Source: Octopus sinensis (Eukaryota). Taken from it: DNA of 64,000 nucleotides. The position numbers and the translations under genes are program-made. The notes below the pieces were generated by a model. The model did no database searches. It was not told where the DNA came from and was given only the letters and a program-made list of their open reading frames with translations. Every line of letters starts with the position of its first letter. The stretch's first letter is position 1. The DNA lies in NCBI RefSeq assembly GCF_006345805.1, contig NC_043020.1:23498001-23562000 (forward strand). The letters are read 5' to 3'. Below, in pieces: positions 26,024 to 39,189 of this stretch.

Positions 26024-27115
26024 TGTAGAGAGAGAGAGAGAAAGAGAGAGAGCGTAATACTATTCAAAAGATCCTGGTATTGGAACATCTGCACGCCTAG
26101 TACACACACACACGTGTGTGTGTGGTGTGTGTGTGTTTGTGCGTAAAAATAAGGAGGTGAGCCAACAAGGCCGCAGTCAAATTACTGAAACAAGTAAAAG
26201 ACTAACATATGTATATACATTTACAGAAAGAACGCCCTCCGTGCGGTTTTCTGCTAGTCACTCGATAATATTTCCACATTTGATTCCGAATTCTAATAAT
26301 GTTTATGATATTTTAAGTCTATTTATTTTCCTTTTTAAGTGCACTCTTGCTTAGTAAATAATGCTTTCATTATTTTGTCGCAGTAATAATCTCTCTTTTT
26401 TTAAACAAACATCAAGGTAGTCCAAATATGTTTAATGTGCCAAAAAGTAGTAGTGATCACATAGAGATATTTTAATACCTATAGCGTATCAAATAATCAT
26501 AGCAACAAATTGACTTGCTAATTCTTAGATAACAACGGAAAGGAAATAAGTCACATGAGCTCGAAGCTTCAGTAAGTTTTAATAAGTTGCCCAATATAAT
26601 TTATTTTAGTATGTATAAACAATAAACTGAGGGCATTTATACAGGAAATTTAAGTCAATAGATTACTTGATTTCTTTATCTGAAATAATGAAATAAAACT
26701 TGAAATGAAAAAATTGCAATGAATATATATTAAGTAGATTATTATTAATGACAACAATTAGAGGCGGGAGAGGGAGAGAGTGAGAGACTGCGTTGCAAAT
26801 GAAACCGAAAAGTTTTGTCAGACCATACTAATATTGTTTATGAAATGTTACAACCTACTGTAGAGTGAACGTAAAGCTTGGCAACAAATATTTAACTTTG
26901 TGACAGTAAATAATATCAGACGCTTCGAATGTGTTCTTCAGAACACATTCTTCGTAGTAATGGCGATTTGACATCTATGTTTAGCATATAGGCTGTCCAC
27001 TTTTGGTGGTCAGTCCTCTAAATTTTGTATGTAAAAAAAATATTTTAATCTTCGGATTTTTTAAAATATGCTAAGCCACTACTTTTAATTGATTAATATC
27101 AATTTCTACCCTAAT

Positions 27116-27168
<53 letters not shown>

Positions 27169-27177
27169 ATATATATA

Positions 27178-27184
27178 TAGATAT

Positions 27185-27266
<82 letters not shown>
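27178..27266. repeat. (GATA)n microsatellite
   Basis: Directly visible. Confidence 0.97.
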
Positions 27267-27268
<2 letters not shown>

Positions 27269-29785
27269 ACTTAAGTACTGGGGTTCAATTTGTTCGATTG
27301 CGTAGAAAGCTTTTCAGTGTGCTGTTCCCATCATGAACGCAATCCAATGAGTGAAAACAAGTAATTGTAAAGGGTATCGTAAAATAATCTTAAAAGCTCT
27401 GAAGATATTGAAATACCTTCGCTGGTTAATTGTTATGTAAGAAACATGGTTGTATGAGATTGGGGCAAACACGAAAAGTTACACCTGATTCTACTTTAAC
27501 TGAACTCTTAAAATACTATTATTCAGTTTGAATACTTCAACAAAACCAACGATAGAAAATCCAACACAATTTTCTTTTCGTTTAGGCATTGAACTATATT
27601 TCTCTTCTATTATTTTTCAAGTGGGTACTGCCACTTTAGATTAAAATGTAGTCGAAATTAAACAGAGTTTGCTTTTAAAAATAATTTCAATAGAAAATAC
27701 ACCACTCTAAAAGTTCTGAGAAACTAAGATCAAAAGTAGTATTCAAATAGATTGAAACACCTCTGGTTGTTGAGCGTAACCGTGGATAAAATGATGTGGG
27801 TGTTTGGTCGTGTATACTCACGATCTGGATTAATGGATATTGTATCGACCCCTTTGGCCCAAGGTATGACATATGACTTTAAATTACGTAAAGTAATGAA
27901 ACAAGGTTCCGAAATTTCGGGACTGGGAGGTGCGTGGAACCACATCTTTACCCACTTTTGTAGAAGTTCTACTCTTATCAAGAATAGTAGCACCTTGGTT
28001 AATTAGCATGTTACGAGAGAAGCTCGAAGCATAAGCGTTCGCTACCTTGCAAAATACTTGGAAAATGAAAAGGCTAGGGAAGAGATCCTTGATAGAAAAT
28101 CAAGGAGTCGAATACCTCAGGCAGTCAGGTTTCCCGCTTGGCACCCTTTCGGCAGGGGTTCTCCAAGCCTTCAGGCAATCTACATTGGAGAAGATTACTC
28201 CGATGTAAAACCTACATATTTATGGTCACCAATTTCTGCGACTGCAGTTCTTTAGATATGATCACGAAGAATAAATCCCAAAGAATAAATCCAAGGGAAT
28301 GAGCTCGGGGTTTCTAGGTCCACTCTGCCCTACAAATGTCTTGGAAGCTCTGTATTAAGGAATTGCTGTACATTGAAACTAGAATATCTATCTTTACCAT
28401 CTCACTGTACCATAGCGCTCCATTGTATCTTTTCCTTTTTAAGTCAGCTACCAAAATTTTCTAATGAAAGTCGTGTAGATATTTGTTATAGAATTGTCAA
28501 AAACAGGAGGCAAAAAGATGCTACGTTGCGAAACAGAACCAAATTAACTTTTGGCGAGTGTTCTTCCACCACCATTTCCACCTCTCCGCCTCTATAAAAA
28601 AGACACCAATTCTTCGTCCTCTGGGTTCGAGGTAGTCAATTCTACCGTTGGCGGCACAATTCTCGACTATGGTGCCCCCACCCCCGTCGCTGGCACAACC
28701 CCACCAACGAGGCTCCGGGACACTCCGGCACCATGTCTCCGACTGCCGGCAATCTCCCGTTTCTCTTCCTCTTCCTCTTTTTTCTTCTCGACTGGGGGAT
28801 GGTACGCCTCCTCCGTAACCGGGAGATTCGTCTCCCCTCCCTCATTCCCTTCGATGAGCAAGTGATTCGCATGGGTTCTCCGTAAACTCACAGTCGATAC
28901 TTAAACCTGTTGGCACCTAAAATGAAAATAGCTTCATCTCTACTAAAACTATCCTCCTAAGAGACCCTGTATCACTAATTATTGAATTAATTCATGAATC
29001 AACGCTTGAGTCAACGAGTCAATGCCATGTTCACGAGTCTCAAACTTCTATTTTAAAGTCATCTAAAACTAAAACGTCCCATCAAAATTTATGAATTTAT
29101 GTTCTAAATACCAGATTATTAATGACTAGATATGTTACATAATTCTTTGCAATAATTTAAATTAATGCAAACGAAATATTGTGTATTTCAACAAAAATAT
29201 AGCAATGAAAGGGTTAAAATACACTCATTGTATAATTTTACATTTTAAACTTGTAAAACTGTGGTAGAGAATTATATGGCAGAATTAACGTTGAAAATGT
29301 ATAATTGACTTAATATGAATATGACGTTTGTAAACACACTTACTAGTATTAGCCTATTTACTGCTGTTCATTACTTTCTGAAAAGACAAATTAGAACTTA
29401 TTAAATCACACGGATTTAGACATCTTTGAATAGTACCAGAGAAAATAAAAAGCTAACCTACTGAAACGTATCGGTCTTGTTAAAAATGAAGAGTACTACA
29501 AGGTTTTGTTTCATTGATGCCGTTTGAAAGTCTAGATTTAGAAAGATCTTCAACCGAGCCTGCAGCGTTAAATTTCTTGAAAGGTTTCACAAGTGTTGGG
29601 ATGGTAAAGAGAGCTCAAATATAAATTCTGCTTCTTCATGTTCTGAACGGATAGGATTGATTCGTGAGGTTGTACGCTTTTTAGATTAATGAATATTCTC
29701 TCGCTTTTCGATAATGACACTTTCCTAAAACATAAAAGCTACGCACACACACACATATATATATGTGCGTGTGCGTATTTTTATA

Positions 29786-29869
<84 letters not shown>

Positions 29870-30059
29870 CTGTGTGTGTGCGTATATATATACATACATA
29901 TAAGTATGTATACTAACACACATGTATAGCTTCTTATAGAAATTCGTGTCGCAAAGATACACAGATTCAATTTCAATAAAAAAAACATATTCTCCACAAT
30001 ATATATTGTTGGGCATATCCTTCTCATTCGTTCGACCTAAAACAACTTACGGATATACA

Positions 30060-30131
<72 letters not shown>

Positions 30132-30540
30132 ATGTGTGTATGAGAGTATATATGCATTTTTAGGTTCGAGATAGGATGAGAGAGAATATTTACTACGTGA
30201 ATATAATATATATATACATATATATATTTACGCACATATATATTTTATTTTTCTGGTTGAAATAAACCGAATAATGGCGACACGCAGTCAAAATATCGAA
30301 GGAAAATAGGGATTTTCATAGAAAAAAAGCACTTTTTGGACGTAAATATTTTTTGGTGTTAACATGGTCCGATTTGAATTGTTTCTTCTACCGAAGGAAA
30401 AGCAAGCCTTCTTCTATCATACTCTCAATTTTGGTCAACTTGCGTCGCAGGGTCTCGGAGGAGATACTGTTAGTTGAAGGCTACCAAACCTGCCACACAC
30501 AGACAACGTCACCTTTATATACAGACATATATATATATAT

Positions 30541-31198
30541 ATAGAAATAGAGTAGAGGGTGAGCTAGTTAAGAAGTTAGAAGAGGCAATTAGAAGCGGCA
30601 TCGCATCCGACGTTTTGGCGGCGAGGTTGGCCCTCGACCAAAACTTCAACGCCAAACACGAAGGATGTGCTGTCAGAGCTAGGATGCGTGCTCTAAGGAA
30701 CGAAGGTGTTGGAGCCGCGAGACAGGCCCGGGTGGCAGAGGCGCAACAGGGCAACAAAGCCACCATTCGGTCCCTGGTAGATGAACAGGGGCGCGAATTG
30801 CTCGAGCCAAATAAAATGTGTGAGGCCTTTCAGCAGCATTTTGCCCGACTGTTCGGAACGAGTGGAGGGCAAGAACGTAGGGTGGACTTCAGTGCCTACC
30901 TACATAGCCTACCACGACTCTCGACAAGAAAGGCAGGGTGCTGCGAAGGTGCCATCACGGCGGCGGAAGTGCAGGAAGCGATGGCAGAATGCTCGGGGAC
31001 AAATCACCGGGTTTGGATGGTCTACCCTACGAGCTTTACAATTGTATGCCAGACTTGTTTGGAGATCTCTTGGCGGCGGTGTACTGCAACTGGCAGCAAA
31101 ACGGGAGCATTCCTGGTTTTGTGAGCCGAGGAGCCGTAACACTGCTGAAGAAAGATCTAAACAAGGGAAATGTAATAGATAACTTTAGGCCCATCACT
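30541..31198 (+). mobile_element. Tx1/L1-clade ORF2 segment A (post-endonuclease linker to RT start), plus orientation
   Basis: ORFs 30474-31124 and 30938-31300: ..EAFQQHFARLF..AITAAEVQEAM..KSPGLDGLPYELY..GAVTLLKKD..NFRPITL. Confidence 0.92.
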
Positions 31199-31937
31199 TT
31201 AGGCTTTGCTGTACCTAATCGCTTCTGCTTTTACTGCTCTCTTGAGGGCAAACCACCATTTGTTGTTGATGATGGCTCCCGTCAAAGCCCTCTTTACTAG
31301 TGTGCTAATCCGGTCTCTGAAAACCTGTCTCGATGGGAAAGACGCGTTTAGTTTCCAGTATCCGGGACCCTGCCTAAGTGTCTTACCTAAGTCTAGCGTA
31401 CATGTCACAAGTTTGTGATCCGTGTAGCTGACTATGTGGAATTGTGGACATCCTATGCTATCTCTGTCTACTGTCCTACACAGTATCCTATCTAGATACG
31501 ATCTCGACGACCCGATGCGGTTGCTCCATGTCCACGTTGGCGCACTCGGGTGGTCTAGTCGGAACCTGTCAGACAGTTGAAAGCGTCTTAGCAGGTCTCT
31601 GAGGCATTTGCATCCCCGTCTATTCCTATCTCTACCCACGTAGTCTACATGCGTGTCCAAGGTAGCATTCCAATCCCCCACTAAGAGTAAAGGACGAGAC
31701 GTTCCCAAGAATACTTCTAGACGTTGAAAGAAATCCGCCCGACCTGTTAAGGGCGGTGCGTAGACTGATACGAGTCGAAAAGCGCACCCATTGCTGCCGT
31801 CGACATCCAGGACGACCAGTCTACCCTCCGGGTCTACGAATATTGTCCTTACTTTGAGATCCAGACTCTTGTGAAAAAGTACCGCGGTGCCACTACCGCC
31901 CATTCTCGGCAGACAGGGGTAAAAATAAATGTTGAAC
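31199..31937 (-). mobile_element. Tx1/L1-clade ORF2 segment B (apurinic-like endonuclease domain)
   Basis: Non-repeat part of ORF 31199-32446: SGTAVLF..VSVYAP..LVGDWNA..SYLDRIL..YTDHKLV..GPGYWKLN. Confidence 0.93.
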
Positions 31938-31980
<43 letters not shown>

Positions 31981-32000
31981 GATAGATGGATAGATAGATG

Positions 32001-32036
<36 letters not shown>

Positions 32037-32066
32037 TATAGAGAGATAGATAGATAGGGCGGTGCG

Positions 32067-32126
<60 letters not shown>

Positions 32127-32127
32127 C

Positions 32128-32202
<75 letters not shown>

Positions 32203-32203
32203 C

Positions 32204-32262
<59 letters not shown>

Positions 32263-32271
32263 CATATAGAC

Positions 32272-32326
<55 letters not shown>

Positions 32327-32327
32327 C

Positions 32328-32362
<35 letters not shown>

Positions 32363-32363
32363 C

Positions 32364-32416
<53 letters not shown>
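31938..32416. repeat. (GATA)n tract, ~480 bp
   Basis: Directly visible; contains a 15-nt non-repeat insert at 32056-32070. Confidence 0.97.
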
Positions 32417-34826
32417 TGTTTCTTTATTAGCCACACAGGGCTGCACACAGATAGAACAAATTACAAGGTAGAGCTTTTCTCTTGAAGGTTTAAAAAAAAA
32501 AAAAGGAAGGGGGAGTTTCGATCAAAAGGGATCGTAAAAGGAGAGAAAGAGGACATAAAAAAGGGGGGTTAAAAAAAAGGGGGGGAGAGGAAAAAAAAAA
32601 AATTTGATCAATAGGGATCGTTATCACAGAAATGTCAATATGAAGTGTAAAGGGGAGGACAGGTGAGGTTTACCCGTGGAAAGAAAAGCCTACGGTAACC
32701 TCGGTCAATGGAGTCACATGTTATATTTCTTTTTTTTTTTTTTTGCGAATAAGCAACTCTCTGTTTTCAATTTCTGGGTTCATAGGATCATGCTCAAGGT
32801 GGCTTCGTCATTCATACGTGCCATTCTTGCTACATTCACCCATCTTTTTTTAAAACATTCGCTAGACAAAACTTGCCTCTCTACTCTCACTTTCCTTTTC
32901 AAGTGGTACTTGAAGAAGTTGATGAGAGATTGACCAGAGAGGAAAGTGTTTGTCTCCAATCCTTTCAGACGCGTCCACCAGATACATTCTTTCGCCATAG
33001 CCACAAGGATGATGAAAATAGCTCTTCCTTCCCGTTTGAAGGAGGGAGGCGTGACAATGTTAACGATAGACTCAGCTGATAAACCGACTCGTCCCACACG
33101 TGACGGCAGTTGTTCGACACAAGCCCACAGGTCGGAAATTGTTGACACTGCACGAGTGCGTGCAGAACGGTTTCGTCGCTCTGACCGCATCTCGGGCAGG
33201 TCGGCCCCCGTGTTCTCGAGCCGTGTCTGTAGAGCTTATCCCGAACGGGTAGCGCTTCTCGGTAGCACTGCCAGGCCAGGGATCTCTGGAAGTTGTCCAT
33301 GGGGCCTGGCCCGAAAGTCGTCTGAACAGGCGGGTCAGGTACTCCTCGTCGACGTCCAGGTTCGCCCCGAGCTCGTCGTCGTACCTCCCCTCCACTAAAC
33401 CCCTATAGAATGCTTTGGTTGTGTTGAAGTCACTCAAGGTCGACTCAGGACGGCAGAGTTGCTTGAGAGCAACGCGACACTCGCGGTGCCATTCGCCCTT
33501 CTTCGGCTTCTTTTTGATCCACGACTGCAGTTCGGTCATGGAGACGAGCTGCGGGAAAGCGTACCTCACAAACGGCGACCACACCTGTTCACCGTCGTCT
33601 ACATAGAGCCAGAGATGTCGCAGTCTCAGCGCGTGTCTGCGCATCATCAACCACGGCATGCCCAGCCCTCTTTTTAACGGGTGTTGACAGCAAATGGATC
33701 GCCTGACCATCGGGACGCATCCTTTCCACAAGAAGCGAAAGAGAATGCGTTGTAGTTTGGTGATGGTAGGGTCGGGACAAGGTACGACGGTCAGGCGGTA
33801 GTAGATGACGGACGCGATGTATGTGTTCGCCACCTCCGCTCGACCTTTTAGGGACAGTTTCCTCTCGGCCCATTGCCGGGCGAGAGTGACCACCCTACTC
33901 GTTATCTCGTTCCAGTTCTTCTCCACTTGGAGGTCCGGACCAAACCAGACCCCGAGCAACTCAACCGGGCCGTCGGTCCAGCGTCCCACGACGGAGGCGC
34001 TGGTGGACGGCATGGGCTTGCTTCTCCAGGTGCCGAGTCGCAAGCCCACTGACTTTTCCCGGTTGATTTTCGCTCCTGTCACCGCTTTGTAGTTTTTCAG
34101 TGTCTCGCCGACCTGCTCGATGTGCTCGTGGCTAGACACTATGACGGTGACGTCGTCCGCGTATGCAGACACGCTCGTCCCGCATTCCAGTTCTCGCGGG
34201 ATGCCTCTCAAGGTTGCCAGCTTCCGCAATAATGGCTCGAGAGTCAATACGTATAGAAGCGACGAGAGGGGGCATCCCTGACGGACCGAACGTGCGATGT
34301 CGAAGGGTCTCGATAGATGTCCATTCACGCGAATTACCGAACGGATGCCTCTGTACAAAGCGGCTATCCAGCCGCAGAAGACGGGACCGAAGCCAGCCGC
34401 TCCGAGGACCGCCTCCAAGTATCGATGGTCCACCCTATCGAAAGCTTTCGATTGATCCAAATTGATCAGCGCCCCACCCATGCCAGGTTCGTTAACTACC
34501 CTGTCTATGATGTAGCGTATCAGGTGGAGGTTGTCATGGATGGTCCGGCCTGGCACGGCGCATGTTTGCGCCCTGTCGACCAGTTTCTCGATGACAAGCG
34601 CCAACCTCTTGGCTAGCACCTTGGCCAAAATTTTCAAGTCTGCATTAAGCAGAGTGATGGGCCTAAAGTTATCTATTACATTTCCCTTGTTTAGATCTTT
34701 CTTCAGCAGTGTTACGGCTCCTCGGCTCACAAAACCAGGAATGCTCCCGTTTTGCTGCCAGTTGCAGTACACCGCTGCCAAGAGATCTCCAAACAAGTCT
34801 GGCATACAATTTTAAAGCTCGTAGGG

Positions 34827-34830
<4 letters not shown>
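32417..34830 (-). mobile_element. 5'-truncated Tx1/L1-clade LINE, segment C (RT, CCHC zinc knuckle, 3' UTR)
   Basis: ORF 33072-34805 with NFRPITLLNADLKILAK, LDQSKAFDRVDH, SVRQGCPLS, YADD; CPRCGQSDETVLHALVQC after a frameshift; AATAAA at 32423-32428 (minus) followed by (TATC)n. Confidence 0.95.
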
Positions 34831-34910
<80 letters not shown>

Positions 34911-34917
34911 TAGATAG

Positions 34918-34949
<32 letters not shown>

Positions 34950-35631
34950 GTAAGTTAGTTTTGAAGTATGTGTGTATTGCATGTATTTATTCATATGTAT
35001 TTAATTAAATACATGCACACATATAATCGTGCTTGTATATGTGCACACTCGTGTGTTTTTGTATGCTTCCTCTTTTCATTTGTGTTTTCCTTTATCAAAA
35101 TATATAAAAAGGATTATATGGCAGAATTAACGTTGAAAATGTATAATTGACTTAATATGAATATGACGTCTGTAAACAAACTTACTAGTATTAGCCTATT
35201 TACTGCTGTTCATTACTTTCTGAAAAGACAAATTAGAACTTATTAAATCACACGGATTTAGACATCTTTGAATAGTACCATAGAAAATAAAAAGCTAACC
35301 TACTGAAACGTATCGGTCTTGTTAAAAATGAAGAGTACTACAAGGTTTTGTTTCATAGGAGCCGTTTGAAATTCTAGATTTAGAAAGATCTTCAACCGAG
35401 CCTGCAGCGTTAAATTTCTTGAAAGGTTTCACAAGTGTTGGGATGGTAAAGAGAGCTCAAATATAAATTCTGCTTCTTCATGTTCTGAACGGATAGGATT
35501 GATTCGTGAGGTTGTACGCTTTTTAGATTAATGAATATTCTCTCGCTTTTCGATAATGACACTTTCCTAAAACATAAAAGCTACGCACACACACACATAT
35601 ATATATGAGCGTGTGCGTATTTTTATATGCA

Positions 35632-35688
<57 letters not shown>

Positions 35689-35881
35689 TATACATATACA
35701 TACATACAACACACATATAAGTATGTATACTGACACACATGTATATAGCTTCTTATAGAATTTCGTGTCGCAAAGATACACAGATTCAATTTCAATAAAA
35801 AAAACATATTCTCCACAATATATATTGTTGGGCATATCCTTCTCATTCGCTCGACCTAAAACAACTTACGGATATACATAC

Positions 35882-35915
<34 letters not shown>

Positions 35916-36328
35916 ATGGTGTGTGTATGAGAGTATATATGCATGTTTAGGTTCGAGATAGGATGAGAGAGAATAGTTGCTACGTGAATATACATACATA
36001 TATATATATTATATATACATACATATATATATATATGCACTTATGTATTTTATTTTTGAAATACACCGAAAAATGGCGACACGCAGTCAAAATATTGTAA
36101 AAAAATAGGGATTTTCATAGAAAAAAAGCACCTTTTTGATGTAAATAATTTTTGGTGTTAACATGGTCCGATTTGAATTGTTTCTTCTACGGAAGGAAAA
36201 ACAATCCTTTTTCTATCATACTCTCAATTTTGGTCAACTTGCGCCGCAGGGTCTCGGAGGAGATATTGTTAGTTGAAGGCTACCAAACCTGCCACACACA
36301 GACGTCAGCTTTATATACAGATATATAC

Positions 36329-36361
<33 letters not shown>

Positions 36362-36632
36362 ATTATTTATATATAATATAACTTTATGCATGCACAATGT
36401 AGGCTCATATACACACAGATATAAATACACAGACACACACACTCACACAAACGCACACGCATATATATATATAATATATATATATATATATACTAAGAGT
36501 AAATAATAGGTTTAATGGTTTTTAAAAAACCAACAATTATTTACTGGTAGATTTCGACATGTAAATATAACCGTTAACGGTAGGAACTTCTGTAAAAGTT
36601 CAATATATATTTTGTATATAAATGAAAGAGGT

Positions 36633-36821
36633 AGGCAACAGGTTGCTTAGCCACATACCGAAAAAAAATAGAAATAGCAGTCATAGACTGTTTATTTCTA
36701 GTTTCCACAAATGAGACTCCACATACGACATATCCCAGTAAGTATTTGTAGAAAATAGAAATAAACAGTCTTTGACTGCTATTTCTAATTTTTCGGTATG
36801 TGGCTAAGCAACCTGTTGCCT
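36633..36821. mobile_element. Fold-back/MITE-like element with ~68-bp inverted arms
   Basis: aggcaacaggttgcttagccacataccg...tttatttcta (36633-36700) pairs with 36756-36821; second copy at 38877-39067. Confidence 0.75.
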
Positions 36822-36865
36822 GCTTACATATATCGGTACTTCGTTGTGCCATATATTTACTACTT

Positions 36866-36904
<39 letters not shown>

Positions 36905-36908
<4 letters not shown>

Positions 36909-37250
36909 TCTTTTACTTGTTTCAGTCATTTGACTGCGGCCATGCTGGAGCACCACCTTTAATCGAGCAACTCAACCCCAAGACTTATTCTATCGGTCTC
37001 TTTTGCCGGACCGCTAGGTAACGGGGTCATAAACACACCAGCATCGGTTGTCAAGCAATGTTTGGGGGACAAACACAGACACACAAACACGCATATATAT
37101 ATATATATATATATGCATATACACGACGGGCTTCTTTCAGTTTCCGCCTACCAAATCACAAGGATTTGGTCGGCACGATGCTATAGTGGAAGACACTTGC
37201 CCAAGGTTCCACGCAGTGGGACTGAACCTGGAACCATGTGGTTGGTAAAC
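36905..37250 (-). mobile_element. SINE-B present only in copy 2 of the triplication
   Basis: Tail, internal (TA)n and head all present; absent at the equivalent position of copy 3 (~39070). Confidence 0.85.
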
Positions 37251-37963
37251 AAGACTGACAGAGAGATAGATAGAGTAAGTTAGTTTTGAAGTATGTGTGT
37301 ATTGCACGTATTTATTCATATGTATTTAATTAAATACATGCACACATATAATCGTGCTTGTATATGTGCACACTCGTGTGTTTTTGTATGCTTCCTCTTT
37401 TCATTTGTGTTTTCCTTTATCAACATATATAATAAGGATTATATGGCAGAATTAACGTTGGAAAATGTATAATTGACTTAATATGAATATGACGTTTGTA
37501 AACAAACTTACTAGTATTAGCCTATTACTTCTGTTCATTACTTCTGAAAAGACAAATTAGAACTTATTTAATCACACGGATTTAGACATCTTGAATAGTA
37601 CCAGAGAAAATAAAAGCTAACCTACTGAACGTATCGGTTTTGTTAAAAATGAAGAGTACTACACGGTTTTGTTCATAGGAGCCGTTTGAATTCTAGATTT
37701 AGAAAGATCTTCAACCGAGCCTGCAGCGTTAATTTCTGAAAGGTTTCACAAGTGTTGGGATGGTAAAGAGAGCTCAAATATAAATTCTGCTTCTTATGTT
37801 CTGAACGGATAGGATTGATTCGTGAGGTGTACGCTTTTTAGATTAAAGAATATTCTCTCGCTTTTCGATAATGACACTTTCCTAAAACATAAAAGCTACG
37901 CACAACACACCAATATATATATGAGCGTGTGCGTATTTTATATGCATTATATATATAATATAT

Positions 37964-38020
<57 letters not shown>

Positions 38021-38219
38021 GTGTGTGTGTTGTGTATACATATTACATACATCCACACACATATACGGTGTATACTGACACACATGTATAGCTTCTTATA
38101 GAAATTCGTGTCGCAAAGATACACAGATTCAATTCAATAAAAAAAAACATATTCTCCACATATATATTGTTGGGCATATCCTTCTCATTCGTTCGACCTA
38201 AAACAACGGACGGATATAC

Positions 38220-38264
<45 letters not shown>

Positions 38265-39124
38265 TATATATATATTATATATATATATATATTATATATA
38301 CATACATATAAACATATATATATATCTACGCACACATATATTTATTTTTCTGGTTGAAATACACCGAATAATGGCGACACGCAGTCAAATTATGTAAAAA
38401 ATTAGGGATTTTCATAGAAAAAAAGCACCTTTTTGATGAATAATTTTTGGTGTTAAACATGGTCCGATTTGAAGTTTTCTTCTACGGAAGGAAAAGCAAG
38501 CCTTCTTCTATATACTCCCCAATTTTGGTCAACAAATATACGCACAGATATAAATACACAGACACACACACTCACACAAACACACACGCATTTATATATA
38601 TATATATATATATATATGGCCTGCTCGCTTAGCCAGCGGGGTGGCGTCATTCGAAGGCTAAAACCATGCGAACGCATTGTGACCAGCGATGTGTAACAAC
38701 ATCTGATGGGCTGGTCGGTCATGTGAGATATATATAATAAGAATAAATAATAGGTTTAAGAGTTTTTAAAAAACCAACAATTATTTACTGGTAGATTTCG
38801 ACATGTAAATATAACCGTTAACGGTAGGAACTTCTGTAAAAGTTCAATATATATTTTGTATATAAATGAAAGAGGTAGGCAACAGGTTGCTTAGCCACAT
38901 ACCGAAAAAAATAGAAATAGCAGTCATAGACTGTTTATTTCTAGTTTATACAAATAAGACTCCACATACGACATATCCCAGTAAGTATTTGTAGAAAATA
39001 GAAATAAACAGTCTTTGACTGCTATTTCTAATTTGGTCGGTATGTCGCTAAAAGCAACCTGTTGCCTGCCTTTGATATAATATATATATATATATATATA
39101 ATATATATATATATCTATATATAT

Positions 39125-39189
<65 letters not shown>

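Noticed and set aside
27730-28260. 60-90-aa ORFs and acceptor/donor-like sites in unique-looking sequence
   Set aside because: No recognisable domain, and open frames on both strands are within chance expectation
28530-28600. Minus-strand peptide ..RWKWWWKNTRQKLIWF resembling the synaptobrevin juxtamembrane WWKN
   Set aside because: Only four residues match; there is no SNARE heptad upstream and no transmembrane helix downstream
31199-32446. 415-aa ORF appearing to fuse a YLSI repeat to an endonuclease
   Set aside because: The N-terminal half is the (TATC)n target tract read in frame by chance; only the C-terminal half is Tx1 protein
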